Origin: Planctomycetota bacterium
Lineage (GTDB): Bacteria; Planctomycetota; UBA1135; GCA-002686595
Direction of reading: 5' to 3'
DNA: 64,000 nucleotides
NCBI GenBank assembly: GCA_016220085.1
Contig: JACRIN010000066.1
Span: forward strand, 34,525-98,524
Every line of letters starts with the position of its first letter. Positions within the stretch are counted from its first letter, which is position 1. Shown here in pieces: positions 29,898 through 37,968 of the stretch. The position numbers were made by a program, and so were the translations under genes. Below the pieces are notes generated by a model. That model was given only the letters and a program-made list of their open reading frames with translations. It ran no database searches and was not told the origin of the DNA.

Positions 29898-30332
29898 ATG
29901 CACCCGCTCGTCCGAAGGATCTTCGCCAGCCTCTGCCTCGCGCTCGCGCTACTGCTTGCGGCGACACCCGCCTGGGGGTTGACGCTCTGCATCGAAGAGG
30001 ACGGCTGCATCACGGTTGCGTTGTCGGCGTCCGAAGACCACTGCGGCGGCTGTGATCCGCACGCGACCGAAGGACGCGCGAGCTCGGCGTTCGACTTGGA
30101 CGCGGTGCCGCAAGACTGCCCGTGCGCGGACCTGACCGTGATTCGTTCCGGCGACGGCCGTTGGCGTCAGCCGCGAGCCGCCGACCTGCCGCAACCGGAG
30201 TCGTTCGCGATCCTGCACGAGTCCGTCGAGCAGCCGATCGAGCGCGCGCTCCCCGCGCGTTGCGCGCGACCGCCGGCCGTGCTCGCAGGCGAGCATTCGC
30301 TCGCGAATCGAAGCGTCGTCCTCCTCGTGTAG
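29898..30332 (+). CDS. Small exported Cys/His-rich protein, unknown function (144 aa)
   Basis: Signal peptide MHPLVRRIFASLCLALALLLAATPAWG, then LCIEEDGC, EDHCGGCDPH and DCPC. It lies directly upstream of the czcCBA-type operon. Confidence 0.55.
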   Translation: MHPLVRRIFASLCLALALLLAATPAWGLTLCIEEDGCITVALSASEDHCGGCDPHATEGRASSAFDLDAVPQDCPCADLTVIRSGDGRWRQPRAADLPQPESFAILHESVEQPIERALPARCARPPAVLAGEHSLANRSVVLLV

Positions 30333-30351
30333 GCGGACCAGGACCGTCGTT

Positions 30352-30377
30352 CGTCTTCGCGTCGCCCCGCGAAGACG
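30352..30377 (+). terminator. 10-bp perfect stem / 6-nt loop hairpin (cgtcttcgcg-tcgccc-cgcgaagacg) 20 nt after the small gene; terminator- or attenuator-like
   Basis: Read directly. No U-tract follows. Confidence 0.4.
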
Positions 30378-30446
30378 CGCTGCACGCTGCGCCGGAATTC
30401 GGCGAGCCGTGCGCCCCTGGTTCCGCGTCCTGCATGGAGAACGCTT

Positions 30447-31961
30447 TTGGTCACCGCTGCGCTCGTTCGTCTCACACGTCCACGATTCTCACCGCGCGCC
30501 ACCGAGGCGCTAGATCCGGCGGCGCCCGTCGCGGCGACGCTCGTCGCCAGAGCGCTCGTCGCCAGAGCGCTCGTCTCGCGGGCACTCGTCGCGACGGCGC
30601 TCCTCGCTGCGTGTCAATCGTCCGCGCCGCGGCCCGACACCGAAGCCGCGATCCACGCCGCCGTCGGCGTCGCCGGCTCGCTCTCGCTGAGGCTCGAAGG
30701 CGGTCCGCTCGATGAGCCCCAAGTTCCGGGCGAGCTCGCGACGACGCTGCCGCTCGGCGCGGCGCTCGTCCGCGCGCTCGAGTCGAGTCCCGAGCTCCAA
30801 GCTGCTCTCGCGCGCGTTCGCGGCGCGCTCGCCGACGCCGACCAAGCACGCTTGCTCGCGAATCCGCTGCTCGATGTCGCGCTGCGCTTCCCGTCCGGCG
30901 GCGGCAAGGTCGTCGTCGACGCGGGAGCATCGTGGAACCTGCTGTCGCTGCTGCAGCGGCCGCAACGCCGCGACGCCGCGGACGAACGCCTGCGCGCGGC
31001 GGTCGCCGACGCCGTGCGCGCGAGCCTCGACATCGCCGCGGACGCGCAAGAGCGCTACGCCGCCGTGCAGTCGCTCGACGAGTGGACCGCGCTGCTGCGC
31101 GAACGGCGCGCATTGCTCGACCGTTTGCTCGAGCTCGCGCGCGCGCGGCTCGCGTTCGGCGAAGCGTCGAAGCTCGACGTGACGACGCTCGAGGCGCAGG
31201 CGGTCGAGCTCGAGCTCGAGATCAGCGAGCGCGACGCCGAGCGCCGCGAAGAGCGGCTCGCGCTCGCGCGACGCCTCGGTCGGCCCTCGGATCCCGCGGA
31301 TTGGACGTTGGACGCGTGGCCCGAATTACCCGAGATCGCCGGCGCGGAATCCGCGTGGATCGAGACGGCGCTCGAACGCCGGCCCGAGATCCAAGCGCGC
31401 CGCTGGGAGCTCGCCGCGCTCGGCGACGAAGCGGCGCTCGCGGGCTCGTCGGTCTGGGACGGGACGGCGGTCGGCGTCAGCGCCGAGCGCGACGGCGACT
31501 GGGCTGTCGGACCCGTGCTCTCCGCGCCGTTGCCGCTCTTCGACACGGGCTCGGTGCGCCGCGAGCGCGCGCTCGCCGAGGTCGTCGAAGCGCGTCACGA
31601 GCTCGTCCAAGCGCGCCGCGCCGTTGTCGAGGAGGTCCGGCGCGCATTCGCGTCGTACACGTCGGCGAAAGCGAACCTCGAACGCGTGCGCGCCGAGCTC
31701 ATCCCGCTCCAACGCGAGCGGCGCGAGCAAGTCGAAGCGATCTACCTCGCCGGCCAGGCGGACCTGACGGTGGTGTTGCTCGCCGAGCAGGACCTGCAGG
31801 CCGCGCAGGTGCGGCTCGTGGAGCTCGAAAGGAAGGCAGCGGTGCTGCTCGTGCGCCTCGAGCGCGCGGTCGGCGGCTCGGGCGTCGCGCGCGCGCTCGC
31901 CGAGCACGCGAGGGAGCTGGAGCGCGATCACGACATCGAAGTTCAGGGCGGTGACCAATGA
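30447..31961 (+). CDS. czcC: Outer-membrane efflux factor (CzcC/TolC family lipoprotein)
   Basis: Lipobox ALLAAC. OEP repeats. The stop overlaps the MFP start (ATGA). The only in-frame start upstream of the lipobox is TTG 30447, so the start is uncertain. Confidence 0.75.
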   Translation: MVTAALVRLTRPRFSPRATEALDPAAPVAATLVARALVARALVSRALVATALLAACQSSAPRPDTEAAIHAAVGVAGSLSLRLEGGPLDEPQVPGELATTLPLGAALVRALESSPELQAALARVRGALADADQARLLANPLLDVALRFPSGGGKVVVDAGASWNLLSLLQRPQRRDAADERLRAAVADAVRASLDIAADAQERYAAVQSLDEWTALLRERRALLDRLLELARARLAFGEASKLDVTTLEAQAVELELEISERDAERREERLALARRLGRPSDPADWTLDAWPELPEIAGAESAWIETALERRPEIQARRWELAALGDEAALAGSSVWDGTAVGVSAERDGDWAVGPVLSAPLPLFDTGSVRRERALAEVVEARHELVQARRAVVEEVRRAFASYTSAKANLERVRAELIPLQRERREQVEAIYLAGQADLTVVLLAEQDLQAAQVRLVELERKAAVLLVRLERAVGGSGVARALAEHARELERDHDIEVQGGDQ

Positions 31962-33319
31962 AGTGGCGGCAAATGATCCATCGAGCGTTCGCGGACGAGT
32001 CGTTCCCGTTCTCGCGGCACGGTCGCAGCCTGTGCGCATGGCTCGCTCTCGCTCTCGCCCTCGGCGCGCCGGCGTGCAGCGACGGCGGGAAGCCGGACGA
32101 GCACGCGCACGCCGAGGGAGACGCGCACGACCGTGACGCGGCCGAGCCCGCCGGCGGCGAACACGGCGCCGCCGAGCACGCCGACGACGTGACGCTCACG
32201 CCCGAAGCGCTCGCGGCGAACGGCGTGCGCATCGAGCTCGCCGAAGCGCGCTTGCTCCGCCCGACCTTCCGCGTGCCGGCGCAGATCGCGTTCAACCGCG
32301 ACGGCATGGCGCACGTCGGCAGTCCCGTGAAAGGCCGCGTCTCCGAGCTCTTCGTCAAGCTCGGCGACGAGGTCCTGAAGGGCGCGCCGCTGCTCTCGAT
32401 CGAAAGCTCGGAGCTCGGCGAAGCGCAGAGCGACCTGCTGCAGAAACGCAGCGCCGCTCGGACGACGCGCCCCGCCGTCGAGCTCGCGAAAAACGCCTAC
32501 GAGCGCGCCAAAGGGCTCTACGAGCAGACGCAAGGCCTGCCGCTGACCGAAGTGCAGAAGCGCGAAGGCGAGTTCCGCGCGGCCGAGGCGGCGCGCGAAG
32601 CGGCCGACACCGCGGAGCAAGCCGCCGAGAACAAGCTCCATCTGCTCGGCATGAGCCAAGCCGAGGTCGACCACCTGACGACCACCGGCGAGATCGATCC
32701 GCGCTTCGCCGTGCGCGCGCCGATCGCGGGGCAAGTGATCGAACGCGAGGTCACGCTCGGCGAGCTCGTCGGCCCCGATCGTGACACGCTGCTGGTGCTC
32801 GCGGACATCAGCAAGCTCTGGATCCTCGCCGATGTGCCCGAAGCGAAGCTGCACACGACCGCGGTCGGCGCGCGCGCGCTCGTGCTGCTCGGCGCGGAGC
32901 AGGATCCCAAGCAAAGTCATTGGTGCGAGGGACGCGTCACCTTCATCTCCCCCGCGCTCGATCCGGGCACGCGCTCGGTCCGCGTGCGCATCGAAGCGCT
33001 CGATCGCCACCCCGAGCTGCGGCCCGGCGTGTTCGCGCAAGCGGAGATCACCGCGCACGTCGAAGGGTCCGAGCCCGCGAAGCCGGTGCTCGCCGTGCCC
33101 GATGCCGCCGTGCAGACGGTCGAAGGCGAGACAGCGGTGTTCGTGCCGGTGCCGGGCGAGCCGGGCACGTTCGCGAAGCGCGTCGTGCGCGTCGGTGCGT
33201 CGGTCGGCGGAATGCTCCCGGTGTTCGCGGGGCTCGCCTGGGGCGAGGCCTACGTCGCGGAGGGCAGCTTCATCCTCAAGGCGGAGCTCGGCAAAGCCGG
33301 CGCAGAGCACCGGCACTGA
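31958..33319 (+). CDS. czcB: Heavy-metal RND membrane-fusion lipoprotein (453 aa)
   Basis: Lipobox LGAPAC. His/Asp/Glu-rich N-terminus DEHAHAEGDAHDRDAAEPAGGEHGAAEHADD, then an HlyD-like core (VRAPIAGQVIEREV...). Confidence 0.85.
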   Translation: MKWRQMIHRAFADESFPFSRHGRSLCAWLALALALGAPACSDGGKPDEHAHAEGDAHDRDAAEPAGGEHGAAEHADDVTLTPEALAANGVRIELAEARLLRPTFRVPAQIAFNRDGMAHVGSPVKGRVSELFVKLGDEVLKGAPLLSIESSELGEAQSDLLQKRSAARTTRPAVELAKNAYERAKGLYEQTQGLPLTEVQKREGEFRAAEAAREAADTAEQAAENKLHLLGMSQAEVDHLTTTGEIDPRFAVRAPIAGQVIEREVTLGELVGPDRDTLLVLADISKLWILADVPEAKLHTTAVGARALVLLGAEQDPKQSHWCEGRVTFISPALDPGTRSVRVRIEALDRHPELRPGVFAQAEITAHVEGSEPAKPVLAVPDAAVQTVEGETAVFVPVPGEPGTFAKRVVRVGASVGGMLPVFAGLAWGEAYVAEGSFILKAELGKAGAEHRH

Positions 33320-33333
33320 GGCGCGCGACTCCC

Positions 33334-36300
33334 ATGCTCCGACGCATCCTCCAATTCTCGGTACACCACCGGAAGCTCGTCGTGCTCGTCACGCTCTGCG
33401 TGGGACTGCTCGGCGCGTTCTCGCTGCGGCAGCTGCCAATCGACGCGGTGCCGGACATCACCAACAACCAAGTCCAGATCAGCACGGTGTTCGCCGCGCT
33501 CTCGCCGGTCGAAGTCGAGAAACAGGTCACGTTCCCGATCGAGACGGCGCTCGCCGGCATTCCGGGACTCGAGTACACGCGCTCGCTCTCGCGCAACGGC
33601 TTCTCGCAGGTGACCGCGGTGTTCGACGACTCGGTCGACGTCTATTTCGCGCGCACGCAAGTCAACGAGCGCCTCGGCGAAGCACGCGAGAGTCTGCCGC
33701 CGGGCGCCGAGCCGCGCATGGGCTCGATTTCGACCGGCCTCGGCGAAATCTACATGTGGACCGTCGAGTACGCAGCGCCGCACGGCGAAGGCGCGACCGT
33801 CGTCGACGGCGCGCCGGGTTGGCAGAGCGACGGTTCGTATCGGACGCCCGAAGGCGAGAGTCTGCGCACCGACGTCGAGCTCGCGTCCTACCTGCGCACC
33901 GTGCAGGACTGGATCATCCGGCCGCAGCTCAAGGGCGTCGCCGGAGTCGCAGGCGTCGAAGCGATCGGCGGCTTCGTCAAGCAGTACCACGTAGAGCCCG
34001 ATCCGATGAAGCTCGTCAGCTATGGGTTCGCGTTCGGCGACGTCGTCGACGCGCTCGAGCGCAACAACGTCAGCACCGGCGCCGGCTACGTCGAACACCA
34101 CGGCGAAGCGTACTTGGTGCGCGCCGCCGGTCGCATCGAGCATCCGAGCGAGATCAGGAGTCTGGTCGTCGGCACGCGCCGCGGCATCCCGATCTACGTG
34201 CGCGACATCGGCACCGTCGGCGTCGGCCGCGAGTTGCGCACCGGCAGCGCGACCGAGAACGGCGAGGAAGTCGTCGTCGCGACCGCACTGATGCTGATCG
34301 GCGCGAACAGTCGCACCGTCGCCGCCGCCGTCGACGCGAAGATGGTCGAGGTCAACCGCACGTTGCCGCGGGGGATCACTGCGAAGACGGTGCTCAACCG
34401 CACCAAGCTCGTCAACGCGACGATCGCGACGGTCAACAAGAACCTGACCGAGGGCGCGATCCTGGTCGTCGCGATCCTGTTCCTGCTGCTCGGGAACTTC
34501 CGCGCCGCCGCGATCACGGCGTCGGCGATCCCCCTGTCGATGCTGATCACGGCGACCGGTATGGTGCAAGCCACGGTCAGCGGCAACCTGATGAGCCTCG
34601 GCGCGATCGACTTCGGCCTGATCGTCGACGGCGCGGTGATCATCGTCGAGAACTGCCTGCGTCGGCTCGCGGAGAAGCAACGCGAGCTCGGGCGCACGCT
34701 GCAGCTCCAGGAACGCCTCGACGAAGTCGCCCACGCGGCGCGAGAGATGGTGCAGCCGTCGGTGTTCGGCCAAGCGATCATCGTCACGGTCTACTTCCCG
34801 ATCCTCGCGCTCACCGGCGTCGAGGGGAAGATGTTCCACCCGATGGCGCTGACGGTGATCTTCGCGCTGATCGCGGCGTTCGTGCTGTCGTTGACTTTCG
34901 TGCCCGCGATGGTCGCGTTGCTGATCACCGGCACCGTGAAGGAGCAGGAGAACGTCTTCGTCCGGCTCGCGAAGCGCGTCTACGCGCCGACGGTGCGCTG
35001 GGCGGTCGCGCGCCGCCGAGTCGTGGTCGTCAGCGCGATCGCGGCGTTCGCGGGCGCGTTGGTGCTCTTCGGACGCCTCGGCCAGGAGTTCGCGCCGACG
35101 CTGGACGAGAAGGACATCGCGCTGCACGCGCTGCGCATCCCGAGCACGAGCCTGACGCAGTCGACCGCGATGCAGCGCGAGCTCGAGCGCGTCGTCGCGA
35201 GCTTCCCCGAAGTCGCGTTCACGTTCTCGAAGACCGGCACGGCCGAGATGGCGTCCGATCCGATGCCGCCGAACGTCTCCGACACGTTCGTGATCCTGAA
35301 GGCGCAAGAAGAGTGGCCCGATCCGGACGAAACCAAGGCCGAGCTGATCTCGCGCCTCGAACGCGCCGTCGCAGCGCTCCCCGGCAACAACTACGAGTTC
35401 ACGCAGCCGATCCAGATGCGCTTCAACGAGCTGATCGCCGGCGTGCGCGGCGACGTCGCGGTCAAAGTCTACGGCGACGACTTCGACCGGATGCAGGCGA
35501 CCGCCGCGGAGATCGCGGACGTGTTGCGCGCGATCCCCGGCGCGGCGGACGTCAAAGTCGAGCAGACCAAGGGCCTGCCGGTGATGAACGTCGAGATCGA
35601 TCGTGCGGCGATCGCTCGCTACGGATTGAGCATGGCGGACGTGCAGGAAGTGGTCGCGGTCGCGATCGGCGGACGCGAAGCGGGCCAAGTGTTCGAGGGC
35701 GATCGTCGGTTCGACCTCGTCGTGCGACTGCCGGACGAGCTGCGGCGCGACCTCGCGGCGCTCGAGAGCCTGCCAATCCCCCTGCCGCGCTCCGACGAGC
35801 CGCTGTCCGATGTCGGCGTGTTCCGCGGCAGCCGAGCGCTGCGCTCGAGTGAGAACGGAGAGGCTCGCCCGAGCCAGAACGACGAGCTGCGCTCCAGCGA
35901 GAGCGGCTTCATCCCGCTCGGTTCCGTCGCGAAGATCGTCGTCGCCGAAGGTCCCAACCAGATCAGCCGCGAGAACGGCAAACGCCGCGTCGTCGTGCAG
36001 GCGAACGTCCGCGGCCGCGACCTGGGCTCGTTCGTCGAGGAAGCGCAGGCGAAGGTCGCCGCGGTCGACCTCGCCGCGGGCAACTGGCTCGAATGGGGCG
36101 GCCAGTTCGAGAACCTGGTCGCCGCGCGCGCGCGCCTCGGCGTGGTGGTGCCGATCTGCTTCCTGCTGATCTTCCTGTTGCTCTTCAGCACGTTCGACTC
36201 GGTGCGCTACGCGCTGCTCGTCTTCAGCGGTGTTCCGCTCGGCCTGACCGGCGGCGTGCTCGCGCTGTGGGCGCGCGACATGCCGTTCTCGATCTCGGCC

Positions 36301-36633
36301 GCGGTCGGATTCATCGCGCTGTCGGGCGTCGCGGTGCTCAACAGTCTCGTGATGGTGAGCTACATCAATCAGCTGCGGCGCGAGGGCGCCGAGCTCGACG
36401 ACGCGATCCGGCGAGGGAGCCTCACACGGCTGCGGCCGGTCTTGACGACGGCGTTGGTCGCGTCGCTCGGCTTCCTGCCGATGGCGCTCGCCGCAGGCAC
36501 CGGCGCGGAAGTCCAGAAGCCGCTGGCGACGGTGGTGATCGGCGGATTGGTGTCGAGCACGCTGTTGACGCTGCTCGTGCTGCCGGCGCTGTACCGCCTT
36601 TTCTCGGGCAAGCAGCAAGGCGCGACGGCGTGA
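33334..36633 (+). CDS. czcA: Heavy-metal-efflux RND transporter, CzcA type (1099 aa)
   Basis: ATG 33334 (MLRRILQFSVHHRKLVVLVTL...). TM4 motif GAIDFGLIVDGAVIIVEN (DFG-DGA-VEN) at 34608..34653. Confidence 0.9.
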   Translation: MLRRILQFSVHHRKLVVLVTLCVGLLGAFSLRQLPIDAVPDITNNQVQISTVFAALSPVEVEKQVTFPIETALAGIPGLEYTRSLSRNGFSQVTAVFDDSVDVYFARTQVNERLGEARESLPPGAEPRMGSISTGLGEIYMWTVEYAAPHGEGATVVDGAPGWQSDGSYRTPEGESLRTDVELASYLRTVQDWIIRPQLKGVAGVAGVEAIGGFVKQYHVEPDPMKLVSYGFAFGDVVDALERNNVSTGAGYVEHHGEAYLVRAAGRIEHPSEIRSLVVGTRRGIPIYVRDIGTVGVGRELRTGSATENGEEVVVATALMLIGANSRTVAAAVDAKMVEVNRTLPRGITAKTVLNRTKLVNATIATVNKNLTEGAILVVAILFLLLGNFRAAAITASAIPLSMLITATGMVQATVSGNLMSLGAIDFGLIVDGAVIIVENCLRRLAEKQRELGRTLQLQERLDEVAHAAREMVQPSVFGQAIIVTVYFPILALTGVEGKMFHPMALTVIFALIAAFVLSLTFVPAMVALLITGTVKEQENVFVRLAKRVYAPTVRWAVARRRVVVVSAIAAFAGALVLFGRLGQEFAPTLDEKDIALHALRIPSTSLTQSTAMQRELERVVASFPEVAFTFSKTGTAEMASDPMPPNVSDTFVILKAQEEWPDPDETKAELISRLERAVAALPGNNYEFTQPIQMRFNELIAGVRGDVAVKVYGDDFDRMQATAAEIADVLRAIPGAADVKVEQTKGLPVMNVEIDRAAIARYGLSMADVQEVVAVAIGGREAGQVFEGDRRFDLVVRLPDELRRDLAALESLPIPLPRSDEPLSDVGVFRGSRALRSSENGEARPSQNDELRSSESGFIPLGSVAKIVVAEGPNQISRENGKRRVVVQANVRGRDLGSFVEEAQAKVAAVDLAAGNWLEWGGQFENLVAARARLGVVVPICFLLIFLLLFSTFDSVRYALLVFSGVPLGLTGGVLALWARDMPFSISAAVGFIALSGVAVLNSLVMVSYINQLRREGAELDDAIRRGSLTRLRPVLTTALVASLGFLPMALAAGTGAEVQKPLATVVIGGLVSSTLLTLLVLPALYRLFSGKQQGATA

Positions 36634-36674
36634 GCGCTGGAAGCTGAACGCGCGCGGTCGTCTCTTGCGAGCGA

Positions 36675-37180
36675 TACGCTCCACGGAGCGAGCAACTTCC
36701 GTCGCTCGCCGCGCGCGCCTACGGCATCAGCACGAAGCGCAGCGCGTTGCTGAGCGAGAGGTCGTTCGGCGCCGTGAAACCCGGGTCGCGCGCGAACCAC
36801 TGGCACCAAACTGTCGTGCCGGGCACGTGCAGCGCCGGGTCGGCGTCGAAGTACCACGCGTACGTGTTGAAGTCGACGCCGAGCGAGCCGGTGCAATCGG
36901 TCGCTGGCAACGCCGAACCTCCCGCGTTGCCGAGCGGCGTGCGACCGAGCGGCGGGCGCAGGCACAACGTCCCGCCGTGGAACGGCTGCGCGATCGCGCC
37001 ACTGACGGTCCACGCCAACGCTCCGAGAGTCTGGTTGCGGATGTCGGTCGCCCACACTTGGAAGCCGCGGTCGGCCGACGCGCTCGGAATCCCGAACTCG
37101 TGGGTCTGCGGCACGCATCCGAGCGAGTTCGTCTTCGCCACGCAGTAGCGCTCGACCTCGGGCGCGGGCATGAAGGCGAG
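36675..37180. repeat. 506-bp tract ~98% identical to 40607..41112 (constant offset 3932 bp)
   Basis: Aligned by eye with about ten mismatches. Identity falls to roughly 80% immediately beyond 37180/41112. Confidence 0.85.
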
Positions 37181-37915
37181 GCCAGCGTACTGTTTTGCGA
37201 GCTTGATCTTTAGGGTCGCGGTGACGCTCGATAGGTCGATGGTGTAGAGCCCGGTCTTTCCGTTCGACGTAGCGAAGTCGTCGTACGAACCCCACAACAC
37301 GCCGTCGCTCGAAAACGCGAGGTCGTAGAACTGGCCGGCGCCCAACGAGAGATTTCCGAGCTTCGTCGCAACGCCGGTCGATAGATCCAGCGAGTAGATC
37401 CTCGGATTCTGGACACCCGTCGTGATCGCGCGACCTGCCCGGTCGATCGCGAGCGTCGTGTACGCATCGGTCACGGGTGTGATTGGCGCGATGAACGTCG
37501 TGGCCCCGGATGCAGCATCCACTTCGTAGAGTTGCCCGTCGATCAGGCCGTAGATCCGAGACGTCGTCGGATCGCGTTCGATGGACGCAATGAACTGGAT
37601 CTTGAACGCGATCTCGCCTAGCGCCTCTGATCGGGTACTTGCCGGTTGCAGCGCTACCAGGTGGTTGGGAAACACCGGGTTGGGGACCTGGTCGATGGAT
37701 AAGAATGAGCCATCGGCGTACGTCAGACCGTTGAGGCCTGCGACGTGCTGGAAGACACTTGAGGCGATCGGTGCGCCGGTACCCGGATCCAGCCGAAATA
37801 GGTCTGGATAGCCTCCAGCGTGCTCGATCGCATAGAAATGCTCCTCCTCCCCAGGCGCACCGGAAGCAAGCAGCGCAGAACAGCACACCGCGAGCAGGCT
37901 GCAAGAGCTCCGCAT
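36719..37915 (-). CDS. Secreted protein, paralog A: beta-propeller-like N-domain plus Cys-containing C-terminal module (398 aa)
   Basis: ATG 37915 (MRSSCSLLAVCCSALLASGAPG signal peptide). C-terminal module CVAKTNSLGCVP...GGTLCLRPP...DCTGS...VWCQWFARDPGFTAPNDLSLSNALRFVLMP. Confidence 0.7.
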   Translation of the reverse strand: MRSSCSLLAVCCSALLASGAPGEEEHFYAIEHAGGYPDLFRLDPGTGAPIASSVFQHVAGLNGLTYADGSFLSIDQVPNPVFPNHLVALQPASTRSEALGEIAFKIQFIASIERDPTTSRIYGLIDGQLYEVDAASGATTFIAPITPVTDAYTTLAIDRAGRAITTGVQNPRIYSLDLSTGVATKLGNLSLGAGQFYDLAFSSDGVLWGSYDDFATSNGKTGLYTIDLSSVTATLKIKLAKQYAGLAFMPAPEVERYCVAKTNSLGCVPQTHEFGIPSASADRGFQVWATDIRNQTLGALAWTVSGAIAQPFHGGTLCLRPPLGRTPLGNAGGSALPATDCTGSLGVDFNTYAWYFDADPALHVPGTTVWCQWFARDPGFTAPNDLSLSNALRFVLMP

Positions 37916-37968
37916 CGGGTCCGTCCTTGAACGACACAAGCTCCTGACGTATTCGTGACGCATGCAGT

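Noticed and set aside
32781-36684. Very long alternative-frame and antisense ORFs over the czcBA region (32781..35852 +, 33250..36684 -)
   Set aside because: These are shadow ORFs of the RND and MFP genes with an Arg-rich composition and no motifs.
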